Source: Bilabrum cf. latius
Taxonomy: Eukaryota
Length of the DNA: 64,000 bases
Direction of reading: 5' to 3'
Assembly: GCA_965178125.1 (NCBI GenBank)
Contig: OZ237736.1
Span: forward strand, 186,001 to 250,000
Position 1 is the first letter of the stretch; the number at the start of each line of letters is the position of its first letter. Below the pieces are notes generated by a model, which saw only the letters and a list, made by a program, of their open reading frames with translations, was not told the origin of the DNA and searched no databases. A program made the translations under genes and the position numbers. Shown here one piece after another: positions 35,257 through 49,197 of the stretch.

Positions 35257-38005
35257 TCACAGACCCTGCGCGCCACCACCCTCACCCCCAGCTCCCGACC
35301 CCGCCCCAGCCAGCCCCGACACCCACACTCGCAGCCCCCCGCCATCGTCCCCCGTCGCCGCGAACCTCTCCTCCGCATCCACGTCGGCTGCCACCACCGG
35401 CCGCACGTGACCCGCCAGCCGCGCCAGCACCGCACCGGCCGCCGACCTCGCGTGTGGGTCCACCACCGCCGCCTCCCCCGACTCGGACCCCACCAGGGCG
35501 CAGTCGCAGTGCTGCAGGAGAGCCACGCAGCCGTGGGGCGGGGCTAGCACTGGGTCCCTGGGGATCAGCGAGGGCCGCACCAGCAGGCTAGGGGCCAGCA
35601 GCCTCCCGTTCTCACGGGGATCCGCCCACCTCGCCAGCTGGGGCACACTCGCGGGCTTGCCGGCCACCACAGCGGAGGACAGCAGCCCGCCACCTGCAGC
35701 CGCCGCCGCAGCCGCCCGCGCGTGCAGATCCCCAGGCAGCAGCAGCAGCCTCACCACCCCCGCAGAGTCCAGCGCTGCCAGGCACGGTCGCCTGGCGAGA
35801 CTGTCGTAGGGCCTGTACGCCAGCTCCAGCACGTACCTGCCTCCCGCCAGCGGCACGTCATCCGTGGCAGCAGGCAGCCCATTGCCGCCGGTCCTGCTTC
35901 TCCTCCCCACACCCCCAGAGGCGCCCATGGACCGACCCCCGTGGCTGCCAGACGAGGCACGGGAGGTGGCCCGCGCCCTGGCACCCATAGGAGACACAAC
36001 GGCACCAGCACCAGCACCAGTACCAGCACCAGCACCAGCACCAGCACCGCTCCTGGCCCCGCCCACGTGCCTCCCATGCGCAGACGAGCCCGAGGCAGAC
36101 CCCCGAGAGCTCGACAGCACGGACCCCGCATCCGTCCCGATCGTGGCCGGGTCACCGTCCTCCCCCCACGTGTACTGCCTGCAGCTCTGGCCCGCCGACT
36201 CGAGCTCAAGTGCACCGCTGCTGCCAGTGCCCAGGCTACTCACACCAACACCACCACCACCACCACTTTGATCACCGCCCCCGATGCTGGCAGCGTCCTC
36301 TGCCACGGTCTCGATCGAGCCGCCCGCGCCTCCTCCTGCTCCTCCTGCCTGAGCACCCCCGCTGCCCCCGCCTCTGCTCACACGCGCCAGCACCCTCACG
36401 CCCACCAGGGGCCTCCCCGTCTTGGCCAGCCGCTGCATGGACCGCTCCAGCAGCAGGGCGGCGACCCTGCCCCGGAGAGTGCCCGCGAACACGGCCAGGC
36501 CAGACGGGTCGGCGCACAGGGCCGTCACTGGCGAGCCAAGCGCGACCGTCTGCGTGGTCCTGCCGGTCGCCATGGACACCACTGACACCAGCCCACGAGG
36601 ATACGAATCACCACCACCGGCACCGGCAGGGGGCAGCGCGCCGGCACCAGCACCTATCATAGCCCCCGCCTGCAGACCCGGCCCCACACCCACGCCGCGC
36701 CGCCCGTCCGCCGTGCCCACGCCTTCCGATCCACCGGTGGATGTGCCGGACCCTCCCCCGAACATCGACCGGAATGACCCCAGGAAGCCCGGCCTGCTGC
36801 TGCTGCTGCTGCCACCAGCAGCACCCCCATCCTCATCTCCATCGTCACCCACGCCCCCGTCCCCGCGCCCACCGGCAGGTCCGTAGGCCCCTGCCAGCGA
36901 CTCGCCAGGCCTCGACGACCGCGCCAGCACCACCATGCCGGGCAAGCCAGCCAGGAACAGACCGTGCGTCACGGGACTAGCACACGGAGAACAGCGCGCG
37001 CCACACTCACACGGAGCTCGGGACCAGCCCCGCGTGATCCCGCGGAACCACCACCACCACCACCACCACCACCACCACCACCACCACCACCACCACCACC
37101 ACCACCACCACCACCACCACCACCACCACCACCACCACCACCACCACCACCACCACCACCACCACCACCACCACCACCACCACCACCACCACCACCACCA
37201 CCACCACCACCACCGGTCGTCCACTGCACCCTCCACAGCACCACGGTCTGGTCCGTGCTGCACGTCAGCAGGAACGTCCCGTCCGTGCTCCAGCACAGCC
37301 CCGACACCGCCCTGGCGTGTGCCCTGGCGCTGGGCAAGCCGGCGTCAAGCGGCGAGCGGGCGGCTGACTTGCCGTCCTGATCCGATCCCGGTCCACCGGT
37401 GGATGCCTGCCTCTTCCGCCTGTCTTCCTGCTGCTTGCGCATGACAGCCTGCCACTTGGGCAGCGGGCCCGTACCGCTGTGCCCTGCACCCGACTCAACA
37501 CCGCCTGATGCCGAGCCGGCAGAACTCGACCCGGATGCCGCACTACCATGCCCTGCACTGTGGCTTTCGTCTGCGGCCGAGTCCAGACGGGCTAGCGTCT
37601 CCACCGTCGCGCCTCCCCGGCTGGACTCCCGGAAGATCCCGCAGACGGCCACTTTCCCGTCCTCTGTCCCGTAGGCGAACAGGCTCTGGATACTGGCCTG
37701 GCCATCGGCAGTGATCGATGATCCAGAGGCATTTTCTGGGCCTTCAGCACCTGCACTCTGACCTTCACCACTCCTCGTGACAGCCCGCCTGCCCCAGCTG
37801 TCTCTCCCTGGCAAAGCAGTGGGAGGGGCAAACTTCAGGCAGGTCCCGCCGTGCATCTGCGTGACAGGCACCCAGGTGGGCAGCACCGGCATGGGGGCCG
37901 AGCCCATTCCGATTCTGATTCCGATTCCGGATCCTGTGCCGCCGCCGCCCACGGAGGAGCCTCGAGGCCGGGTGCTGCCCCGATCAGATCCGGCCCCCTG
38001 CTGCC
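35257..38005 (-). pseudogene. 5'-truncated, frameshifted WDR13-like copy 2 (chimera of copy 3 and copy 1)
   Basis: Same truncation and frameshift as copy 1. Diagnostic bases match copy 3 left of ~36470 and copy 1 right of ~36528. Confidence 0.8.
37048..37214. repeat. (CCA)n/(GGT)n microsatellite, 167 nt (about 56 Gly codons)
   Basis: Pure trinucleotide tract, 27 nt longer than in copy 1. Confidence 0.95.
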
Positions 38006-38035
38006 AATTACTCTCTGCTAGTGTGATGTTGCCCC

Positions 38036-38593
38036 GCTGCCCCGTCCATCTACAGGCAGTCCGGCGAGGACTACTAGGAGCGTGTCCTGCCCTCCAACAT
38101 CAACGTGGTGCTCAAGGCCACCGTGGCGCAGTTCGATGCCGTGCAGCTGCTCACCCAGCGCGACCGCGTGTCCCGCCGCATCCGCGAGACGCTCGAGGAG
38201 CGCGCCAAGGAATTCAACCTCATGCTGGACGACGTGTCCATCACCCACCTTGCCTTCGGCAGAGAGTTCACCCGCGCCATCGAGCACAAGCAGGTGGCCC
38301 AGCAGGACGCCGAGCGCTCCAAGTTCGTGGTCATGCAGGCCGAGCAGGAGAAGAAGGCAGCCGTGATCCAGGCAGAGGGCGAGGCCGAGGCAGCGCGCCT
38401 CATCTCCGACTCGCTGGCCAAGCACGGTGACGCGGTCATCGACGTGAAGAGGATCGAGGCATCAAAGGAGATCGCGGCCACGCTGTCCCAGTCCCCCAAC
38501 GTGGTGTACCTGCCCGGCTCAAGCGGTGGTGGCGCGGCCAGTGGCGAGGGCAGCGGGTCTCCGTCTCTGCTGCTGAGCGTGGGACGCAGGTGA
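38036..38593 (+). pseudogene. 5'-truncated prohibitin fragment (copy 3)
   Basis: Same sequence as 28182-28739 at +9854. Confidence 0.85.
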
Positions 38594-39001
38594 GCAGGTG
38601 CTGCATTCCATGGATCATGGCCCTCTTTGGGGTCTTGTCGGATAGATTTGGTTTGGCGTGCACAGGAATCTGTGGTGTGTGACACAGCGACAGGACAAAT
38701 TTTGAGATTCAATGGTTGACTATTACTTCATGTGAATCGACCCAGAGCACAGGAGCCAACTACCCCAGGTGCAACTTCAAGATCCGGATTCCGGATGGAA
38801 TCAGCCTATTCTACAGGGATCACGCCGCACTGCCAACTCTATGAGCCTCAGCCAGCCCTGACGATCACACAGGATCTTTCGAACCTGATACCGGGTGCAA
38901 GTACGAGCGTCCTGCATCTGCCGCATCCACCCGATCCGAATCTGCTGGACCGAATGAACCTCCTGGGATCCTTACGAGTTATCCTGCGATCACGCACCCC
39001 C

Positions 39002-42000
39002 TCACATGGCCCCGCCCATCCTGTCCATGTACTTCTGGGCCTCCTCCATCCTGCCCTCATCCACCAGCAGCCCCACCACCTCCTACATTATGTCCCTGTA
39101 CTCATGGCTCTACTTGCCCTTCTACAGCGACAGGGCCTCCTCTAGCTGGATCAGCACTTCAATAGTACGGGATCGAGGAATAGTTGAGGCCCGGCATGTA
39201 TGCAGCATATTTTTCAATACAGTGACATGGTTGGGATGCTGCTTGCCCAGCGCGGTCTCGAAGATCTGCCTGCATTGCTCATACAGCTCCATGGCCTCGC
39301 TGGACCGGCCCTGGGACTCCAAACACCCAGCCATGTTGTTCAGCGTGGTGGCGTATGAGGGATGCTGCTTGCCCAGCGCGGTCATGCGGATCTGCCTGCA
39401 TTGCTCATACAGCTCCATGGCCTCGCTGTACTGGCCCTGGGACTCCAGACACCCAGCCATGTTGTTCAGCGTGGTGGCGTATGAGGGATGCTGCTTGCCC
39501 AGCGCGGTCTCGAAGATCTGCCTACATTGCTCCAGCAGCCCCATGGCCTCGCTGGACCGGCCCTAGGGCCTGAGACACCCAGCCATGTTGCCTAGCGTGG
39601 TGGCATACTCGGGATGCTGCTTGCCCAGCGCGGTCTCGCGGATCTGCCTGCATTGCTCATACAGCTCCATGGCCTCGCTGTACCGGCCCTAGGATCTGAG
39701 ACATCCAGCCATGTTGCCCAGCGTGCTGGCATATGAGGGATGCTGCTTGCCCAGCCCGGTCTCCTGGATCTGCCTGCATTGCTCATACAGCTCCATGGCC
39801 TCGCTGTACTGGCCCTGGGACTCCAGACACGCAGCCATGTTGTTCAGCGTTCTGGCGTACTCGGGATGCTGCTTGCCCAGCGCGGTCTCGCGGATCCGCC
39901 TGCATTGCTCCAGCAGCTCCATGGCCTCGCTGTACTGGCCCTGGGACTCCAGACACCCAGCCATGTTGTTCAGCGTGGTGGCATACTCGGGATGCTGCTT
40001 GCCCAGCGCGGTCTCCTGGATCTGCCTGCATTGCTCATACAGCTCCATGGCCTTGCTGGACTGGCCCTAGGACCTGAGACACTGAGCCATGTTGTTCAGC
40101 GTGGTGGCGTATGAGGGATGCTGCTTGCCTAGCGCGGTCTCCTCGATCTGCCTGCATTGCTCATACAACTCCATGGCCTCGCTGTACTGGCCCTGGGAGT
40201 ACAAACATGCAGCCATGTTGCCCAGCGTGCTGGCATATGAGGGATGCTGCTTGCCCAGCGCGGTCTCCTTCATCTGCCTGCATTGCTCATACAGCTCCAT
40301 GGCCTCACTGTACTGGCCCTGGGACTCCAGACACGCAGCCATGTTGTTCAGCGTGGTGGCGTACTCGGGATGCTGCTTGCCTAGCGCGGTCTCGCGGATC
40401 TGCCTGCATTGCTCATACAGCTCCATGGCATCGCTGTACTGGCCCTGGGAGTATAAACATGCAGCCATGTTGTTCAGCGTGGTGGCGTACTCGGGATGCT
40501 GCTTGCCCAGCGCGGTCTCGCGGATCTGCCTGCATTGCTCATACAGCTCCATGGCCTCGCTGTACTGGCCCTGGGAGTACAAACATGCAGCCATATTGTT
40601 CAGCGTGCTGGCATATGAGGGATGCTGGTTGCCCAGCGCGGTCTCGAAGATCTGCCTGCATTGCTCATACAACTCCATGGCCTCGCTGTACTGGCCCTGG
40701 GACTCTAGACACTGAGCCATGTTGTTCAGCGTGGTGGCGTACTCGGGATGCTGCTTGCCTAGCGCGGTCTCGCGGATCTGCCTGGATTGCTCATACAGCT
40801 CCATGGCCTCGCTGGACCGGCCCTGGGATCTGAGACATTCAGCCGTGTTGTTCAGCGTGCTGGCGTACTCGGGATGCTGCTTGCCCAGCGCGGTCTCGCG
40901 GATCTGCCTGGATTGCTCATACAGCTCCATGGCCTCGCTGTACTGGCCCTGGGATCTGAGACACGCAGCCATATTATGCAGCGTGGTGGCGTACTCGGGA
41001 TGCTGCTTGCCCAGCGCGGTCTCGCGGATCTGCCTGGATTGCTCATACAGCTCCATGGCCTCGCTGTACTGACCTTGGGAAATGAAATTGCTAGCCAATT
41101 TGAATAAAGCCAACGCAAGCACTGTTGAAGCTTTGCTCGATTCGCCGTTGGCAGCGTCTATTGCTTTGCTACCGCATTCAAGTGATAAGCAAGCAATGCC
41201 TACATATCCAAGCCCGGCAGATCGTGCAGATACCCCGCGAAGCGCTTCCTGAACGCCACTCACATCTGCACCTCCGACCCGCTGCATGTGCGCTAGCTCT
41301 GTAACAACTGCAATCGCGCCCTCAGATGGCTTGCTGCGGTGGACGCCACCGGCAGCAGCAAGATCCGTGCCTACACATGAGTCAGACGAGATCACCAACC
41401 GGCCCATATCCTGTCCAGCACGAGTGGTCCAGTACAAGTGTGAAGTTCCTGAATCTACCACACCAGCTCGAGCAAAATACTACGCAACGTCTGCAAAGCC
41501 TCGAAACATACTCTTGACTCGAGCGCTACAGTGACATGTCTCCAATGCATCCCGGTCGGAAGGGAGCTACGGCCTACAGCTGCATCCCACAGCTAGTATC
41601 GCCTGCGATGATTCCAGGTCACCCTTCATCTGATTCGCAAGCAGACGCACATGCCTCAGCCCCAGCCCAAACGAATGCATCACACGCTTCAGTACACCAC
41701 GATGCACCTCGAAATCATCCAGTACATCCACATCCACAGTGCGACACACCTCCAGCGCCAGCTCATCACGGTACCGATCCACAACCTCAGCACGAGCCTT
41801 CGCATACAGCTTCCCGATGCACTCTCGAGCTCGTGATCTACCCCCTGCATCCCCTGCCATGATCAGGTCAGGACTCAGGCCCTCGAATGCATCCTCGCCC
41901 TCCAGCTCACGCAGCCGATGCGCGGCCTCAGGAGGCAGCAGGCACGTCATGGCCACGTTGCCGGAGTAGTACCACCGGGGACATGATACGATCGCCACCA

Positions 42001-44437
42001 TGACCACCTGCCCGCTGCCGTCCTTGGCACTGGCACTGACACAGCCCGTATCCAAATGGTGCTGCATGTCACTGGGTTGGAAGCGGATGCTAGACAAGCC
42101 ATCGGTGTAGTCGTCGCTCCAACGCTGCAGGGCACCTGACAGGTGAGAGAGCGACAACACTTTCGATGTTCTATCTTCGTCCCGGATGATGCATAATGAG
42201 TCCAGCTGACCATGATACGTAGCAGGATCAATACTGCGATCAGCAGAAGCCGCGCAAGTCGTATCGATCGCCCACACCCGCGGTTTGGCCTCATCCGACT
42301 CCATCCAGTCCATCCACACCACATCTGGAATCAGCAGACGGTGCGTGTCCAGCACCACCCGCTGCCCGCTGGCAAGCTGGTGCACCTCCACGTCGAATGG
42401 AAGATGCATGTTGACCTTCACACCGTGCACCTGCTCGCAAACGTGCTCCACATCAGGCAGTGGCTTCCTGTAGTCCAGATTCACACCCGTCCTCACGATC
42501 GCATGATACACAGCCCGGGCCAGCCCCTGTTCCTGTGGTGTGAGTCTCTTCTTCTCGTCTTCCGTCAGTCGCATGCGGGCGGGATCCAGTGCCGCCCTGA
42601 GACGCTGCACGCTGTCGTCATGCATGCCTCGATCCTGCAGCACATCCAGGAATGTGCGTGCAGGCGCAGGGCCAGAGCCAGCCGCAGCGGCGTCTGAGGT
42701 AACATCTAAAGGTGTAAATGCAACGTATTTGTGGTTCACCAGCGTTCGAACATTGCGATCCACATACTTCGCGATCCCGAAGTGCCGGGCCAGTGGCTTC
42801 ACCACGTCCTCCAGCTGCTCATTGTCCCGATGCATGCTGGTTCTGCCGTCCGATGAGCCCACGCGCATAGTCGTCTCACCGACCGAGGCATCGAATGCAG
42901 CCTCAAATGCTCCAGCATCCGGCTCCCGCCCATCGTGCTGCTCTTGATACGATACCCGGAATGCAGCATCATTCCATGCCATGCAACCCCGCACATCCAC
43001 GCGAGCAAACGCCTGCACGCGAATCACATACCAGCCACCACCTGCCACATCCACTCGCACATCCACGCACTCTAGCAGAGGCGTCGACACGTGCACGCTG
43101 TCCATCGCATGCACCCAACGACTCGCCGCCGCCTCCCGCTTCGCCGCCTTGGCCGCCATGCGCGTGCTGCCGTAGAAGCCCAGGTGGTCGAATGCGAACT
43201 TCAGAAACAGACCCAGGCCCTCATGTACTGCCTTGATGCCCCCGGCCATGCCCCCCGCATCGATGAACTTGAGACCCAGGTCCTCCTCGATCTGGGCCTT
43301 GTCCCCATCGGTGAAGCCCACGGGGTCCAGCGACCTGTCCCCGTGCCTCCATTTCATCTCCACCTCGGGGAAGCCCTCTAAAGCTTTGCGCACGTCCTGC
43401 CTGAAGAGCACACCGATGCGGTCTAGCTTTCGCTTGCGGTCCTGCTGCTCGTGCGGCCACAGGGCCACGGTGCGCTTGGCGGCCTCGAAGGCGGGCTGTC
43501 TGCCTCGGGGGCTGGGAGCCTCGTCGTCATCGCCATTTTCGTCCTTTCCTACGGCGAGTTCTCCAGATGCCGAGCCAGCATCGGCCGTCCCGCTTATTGT
43601 GTTGATCCTTTCTGCAGCCCCCGCCGATGCCCCTGAGTACCGGGATGCAGGTGGCACGTGATCGTCTGCACCTGCACCAGATGCAGCAGGAGGATCACGG
43701 GGAGAAGCAGGGGAGCCCGAGGCCGCCCCACTGCTTCCATGTCCGGTTGGGTTAACATTGCCTGCTGCAGCCTCGATGCTTGAGCTAATAGCGATTGTAT
43801 CGTCTGTAGAATCAGCGGATCCTGCATGGCTTGCATCCCGTGCTGCAGTGGGTTGCACTCGACTCACATCACTCGTGAAGCCAAACGATGGATGTGCAGG
43901 TGGCGGCGAGACCTGCGTGGCCTCGCCGACACCTGCTGCTCCATCGGCCGCGCTTTGCCCACTTCCATCATCGTGATCTCGAGACAGCTCCCCTCGAGAT
44001 GCAGTTGTCCCTCTGCCACCACCATGTCGAGCCGGCCCGTAGACACGAAGAGGGTCACCTGGGCCCGGCCTGCCGGTTGCTCTTCCATACGGATTGGTGC
44101 CACCCCTGCTGGTCGATATTTCTGGGACTGTCCCCGCTTGCAGTGATGGCCGTCGTGGCACCGAGGGGCTTGGTCCCACGCTTGAGGCTGCAGAGCGAGG
44201 GGTCGATCCGCGGGACACAGTCGCTCCTTGGTCCCTGCTAGCCACCCCAGCTGGCCCAAGCTCATCAGATGCACCTTCGATGGCAGATCCAGGGCCAAGT
44301 GCCACACCTGAGGCATCCTTTTTTTGTTGCGGGTATCCTTGGATTCGTGTAGCTGGTTCACTCCGAGACGATGCTTCAGCGGAGCTCGATGAGCCTTCCG
44401 TCTAGGCATGGTCCAAACCTTGGCTGGAGGACGCCAT
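39002..44437 (-). CDS. Clu-domain / TPR-repeat protein, paralogue C (duplicate of B)
   Basis: Near-identical to 29148..34583 at +9854. Confidence 0.8.
39214..41094 (-). repeat. 126-nt coding tandem repeat x15 (TPR array)
   Basis: Duplicate of 29360-31240. Confidence 0.95.
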
Positions 44438-45110
44438 TGTGCTTTCTTATATTATTATACCCTATCACACCTATGTTTACTCTATCAAGCCCACTATCAG
44501 CTATAGAGGGTCCAAATTTGCTTACTTGCTCTCAGCTTAGTTCCGATCTTTGCCTGACAGCTAGACACGAAGCTATTGAGCCACCCAGGGTGATGCTTGG
44601 TTCGTTCACTTTGTCAACGTGGGATCTGTAGAGATGATCTGGCCAAACCAAGCTTCAGGGGCAGAAAAACCAGGCTGCGGCTAGTCCTTTCTGCGGTTCT
44701 CAGCAAGTTGAGAGTGATCTGGTTAGATCTGTGCATCTGACTGGGCACAAGGGATCGAGGGCACGCTCAATATATGCTTCATCGATGGTACGAGTACTCG
44801 AGAATGTAGCAATGCTCACTTTCTGGGGCTAGGCGGTATGAAACGGAATTGTCCAGTCGATCGGATGGATTCATGAAATTTGAGTTGCAACCACCGGCGC
44901 AAGAAAATGTTGGTTACAACCGGTCGATCGTGTGGGAGTCTAGAGGGGGAACCTGCAGCCGTCTGCGCGTATTTGATAAGACATACAATCCCGGCCTCAT
45001 GCGACAAGCTCAAATCATGCACCATGACCCCTTTGATCTCTCCCCCACACCGCACCTGGGACCCATGACATGCACAAGATCGCCATTGGCCTCTACTGCC
45101 GCCATCCCAC

Positions 45111-48100
45111 TCACAGACCCTGCGCGCCACCACCCTCACCCCCAGCTCCCGACCCCGCCCCAGCCAGCCCCGACACCCACACTCGCAGCCCCCCGCCATC
45201 GTCCCCCGTCGCCGCGAACCTCTCCTCCGCATCCACGTCGGCTGCCACCACCGGCCGCACGTGACCCGCCAGCCGCGCCAGCACCGCACCGGCCGCCGAC
45301 CTCGCGTGTGGGTCCACCACCGCCGCCTCCCCCGACTCGGACCCCACCAGGGCGCAGTCGCAGTGCTGCAGGAGAGCCACGCAGCCGTGGGGCGGGGCTA
45401 GCACTGGGTCCCTGGGGATCAGCGAGGGCCGCACCAGCAGGCTAGGGGCCAGCAGCCTCCCGTTCTCACGGGGATCCGCCCACCTCGCCAGCTGGGGCAC
45501 ACTCGCGGGCTTGCCGGCCACCACAGCGGAGGACAGCAGCCCGCCACCTGCAGCCGCCGCCGCAGCCGCCCGCGCGTGCAGATCCCCAGGCAGCAGCAGC
45601 AGCCTCACCACCCCCGCAGAGTCCAGCGCTGCCAGGCACGGTCGCCTGGCGAGACTGTCGTAGGGCCTGTACGCCAGCTCCAGCACGTACCTGCCTCCCG
45701 CCAGCGGCACGTCATCCGTGGCAGCAGGCAGCCCATTGCCGCCGGTCCTGCTTCTCCTCCCCACACCCCCAGAGGCGCCCATGGACCGACCCCCGTGGCT
45801 GCCAGACGAGGCACGGGAGGTGGCCCGCGCCCTGGCACCCATAGGAGACACAACGGCACCAGCACCAGCACCAGTACCAGCACCAGTACCAGCACCAGCA
45901 CCGCTCCTGGCCCCGCCCACGTGCCTCCCATGCGCAGACGAGCCCGAGGCAGACCCCCGAGAGCTCGACAGCACGGACCCCGCATCCGTCCCGATCGTGG
46001 CCGGGTCACCGTCCTCCCCCCACGTGTACTGCCTGCAGCTCTGGCCCGCCGACTCGAGCTCAAGTGCACCGCTGCTGCCAGTGCCCAGGCTACTCACACC
46101 AACACCACCACCACCACCACTTTGATCACCGCCCCCGATGCTGGCAGCGTCCTCTGCCACGGTCTCGATCGAGCCGCCCGCGCCTCCTCCTGCTCCTCCT
46201 GCCTGAGCACCCCCGCTGCCCCCGCCTCTGCTCACACGCGCCAGCACCCTCACGCCCACCAGGGGCCTCCCCGTCTTGGCCAGCCGCTGCATGGACCGCT
46301 CCAGCAGCAGGGCGGCGACCCTGCCCCGGAGAGTGCCCGCGAACACGGCCAGGCCAGACGGGTCGGCGCACAGGGCCGTCACCGGGGAGCCCAGCGCGAC
46401 CGTCTGCGTGGTCCTGCCGGTCGCCATGGACACCACGGACACCAGCCCGCGAGGATACGAATCACCACTCTCGGCACCGGCAGGGGGCAGCGCACCGGCA
46501 CCAGCACCTGCCATAGCTCCCGCCTGCAGACCCGGCCCCGCACCCACGCCGCGCCGCCCGTCCGCCGTGGCCACCCCTTCCGATCCACCGGTGGATGTGC
46601 CGGACCCTCCCCCGAACATCGACCGGAAGGACCCCAGGAAGCCCTGCCTGCTGCTGCTGCCACCAGCACCCCCATCCTCATCTCCATCGTCACCCACGCC
46701 CCCGTCCCCGCGCCCACCGGCAGGTCCATAGGCCCCTGCCAGCGACTCGCCCGGCCTCGACGACCGCGCCAGCACCACCATGCCAGGCAAGCCAGCCAGG
46801 AACAGACCGTGCGTCACGGGACTGGCACACGGAATCACGCGCGCCACACTCACACGGAGCTCGGGACCAGCGCCGCGCGATCCCGCGGAACCACCACCAC
46901 CACCACCACCGGTCGTCCACTGCACCCTCCACAGCACCACGGTCTAGTCCGTGCTGCACGTCAGCAGGAACGTCCCGTCCGTGCTCCAGCACAGCCCCGA
47001 CACCGCCCTGGCGTGTGCCCTGGCGCTGGGCAAGCCGGCGTCAAGCAGCGAGCGGGCGGCTGACTTGCCGTCCTGATCCGATCCCGGTCCACCGGTGGAT
47101 GCCTGCCTCTTCCGCCTGTCCTCCTGCTGCTTGCGCATGACAGCCTGCCACTTGGGCAGCGGGCCCGCACCGCCGTGCCCTGCACCCGATTCAACACCGC
47201 CCGATGCCGAGCCGGCAGAACTCGACCTAGATGCCGCACTGCCATGCCCTGCACCTTGGCTTTCATCTGCCGCCGAGTCCAGACGGGCCAGCGTCTCCAC
47301 CGTCGCGCCTCCCCGGCTGGACTCCCGGAAGATCCCGCAGACGGCCACTTTCCCGTCCTCTGTCCCGTAGGCGAACAGGCTCTGGATACTGGCCTGGCCA
47401 TCGGCAGTGGTCGATGATCCAGAGGCATTGCCTGGGCCTTCAGCACCTGCACTCTGACCTTCACCACTCCTCGTGACAGCCCGCCTGCCCCAGCTGTCTC
47501 TCCCTGGCAAAGCAGTGGGAGGGGCGAACTTCAGGCAGGTCACGCCGTGCATCTGCGGGACAGGCACCCACGTGGGCAGCACCGGCATGGGAGCCGCGCC
47601 CATCCCGATTCCGATTCCGGATCCTGTGCCGCCGCCGCCCACGGAGGAGCCTCGAGGCCGAGTGCTGCCCCCATCAGATCCGGTCCCCTGCTGCCCCTTG
47701 TTCCCTGTTCCTTTGCTGGCTACCCCCCCCATCGCTGAGGGTGGCAGCGGGAGGCCCCTCGAGACCATCCTGACCGCCTCCACAGCGGCTTTCTGCCGCT
47801 GCTTCTCCTCCTCTTCGGCCTCTGCGCGCTCCGCCTCCCGCAGCCTTCGCTCGGCTGCCACGGCGGCCTGTTGTTCCCTGGAACCCTGCCCCAGTTGCCC
47901 GCAGCCCGTCCAGTTCGCCAGCCCCCTAGGCACCCCCAGCCGCAGGCTCCGCCCCACGAGCCTGAACCCCTTCGACTTGCGGTGCTTGTTCCCTGGCTGC
48001 CCGTCTGTCCCACCCGCAGCGTCATCGGAATCTGATTCCGAGTCCATGTCGTCCTCGCTGCCAGCTGCCTCCTCGTCCTCCAGCCACCGCTGCAGCTTGG

Positions 48101-48773
48101 CCCTCTCGCTCCTCTCCGCCTGCAGTGCTCGCCTCACTGCCATGGCTGCAAGACGCTGCAGCACGATGGCCTCTGCTCGGCGGTGGATCCGATGGAATCG
48201 CTGCTTGAGGAGTGCCCTGCGCCACGCGCGGTACCTTCGCGGTGGCAGGTTCGGGCCGCCTGGCAATGCGGCGGTGGCTGCGGCCCCTCCTGCTGATGAA
48301 CCACCGTCGTTTGATTCGGCAACGCCTTGTCGCTCGTTTTTCGCTCTTTCTATGATCGATTCGATTGTGCCCTGCTGTATTGCATCTTTGTCCGGTCTGT
48401 CCGAAGATTCTGCATCATTATCGGTCGAAGTGGGACAAGGCTGCAAGTCTCCGAACCTGCTTGCTGCTTGCGAAGGCCTACTGGTCCGCCCTGTCGATTC
48501 ATCTTCTCCTTGAGGAGCCGAAAGAGCACTTGCAGCGGCCAAGATGGCATCGGCTCGCTTCTGTCGAAGGAGAGCGCGTCGATAGCTGGTATGTCGTGGA
48601 GCCACGGCTGCGAGGCGGTGCAAACCGCTCCTGTCATAAGCACCTCCAAGTACATCGCCAGTTAAATGTCGCAGGCCACCCAACCGAGAGTCGTCCAGCA
48701 CTTGAAGAGATCCAGCTTCGTAGTCAATGCCCGGCAGAAACTGGTTCGCAGCGACCGTTCCGACCGTAGACAT
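45111..48773 (-). CDS. WDR13: WD40-repeat protein, WDR13-like (intact copy)
   Basis: ORFs 46944..48887 and 45111..46940 join across TAG 46944; first ATG is 48773. WD motifs HARAVSGLCWSTDGTFLLTCSTD[TAG]TVVLW, VTALCADPSGLAVFAG, CALVGSESG and LAGHVRPVVAADVDAEERFAATGDDGGGLRVW follow the WDR13 layout as I recall it. Confidence 0.7.
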
Positions 48774-49197
48774 CACGGCTGTGCTCGAAGGTGACGGCGG
48801 TAGAGCAGTTGTTCCTTGTAACAAAGATGCACAGTGTTGATGAGGACCTGGGACGCTTCTTTGGTGCTCTAGTGGAATGAAGCTCAAGCACGCGGAGTTG
48901 AAAAGGAGAACAAATATTTACCACGGCGAGCCGAAGGCAGGCCCAACACTGTGGGCCAACAGACCAGAGCTCCTAACTAGCCCCTCGTAAGCTTCAGTGC
49001 TCTGTCAAACAGAAGGTTAAGCAACCTAGGACATCATTCTACACCTGAGTGACCTCAAAACTTAGCCACGGTTCGAACGGTGCTGGAGCGGGGCACGTGC
49101 GTGCAGTTGCAGTGATCTATACCTATTTCCGTACGCAACAAAGCTGCTGCGTCGACGATTCGCATCAAGCCCCATTTTGCTGCCCAAACGAACGAGA

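Larger units (their letters stand above)
26670..46350. repeat. Near-identical direct tandem duplication, ~9.85-kb unit (~26670-36500 and ~36500-46350)
   Basis: Constant 9854-nt offset (27361 vs 37215; ORF 31713..34451 vs 41567..44305). I noticed only a few differences: CCA tract length, a synonymous change at ~32798/42653 and a hexamer variant. Confidence 0.9.
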
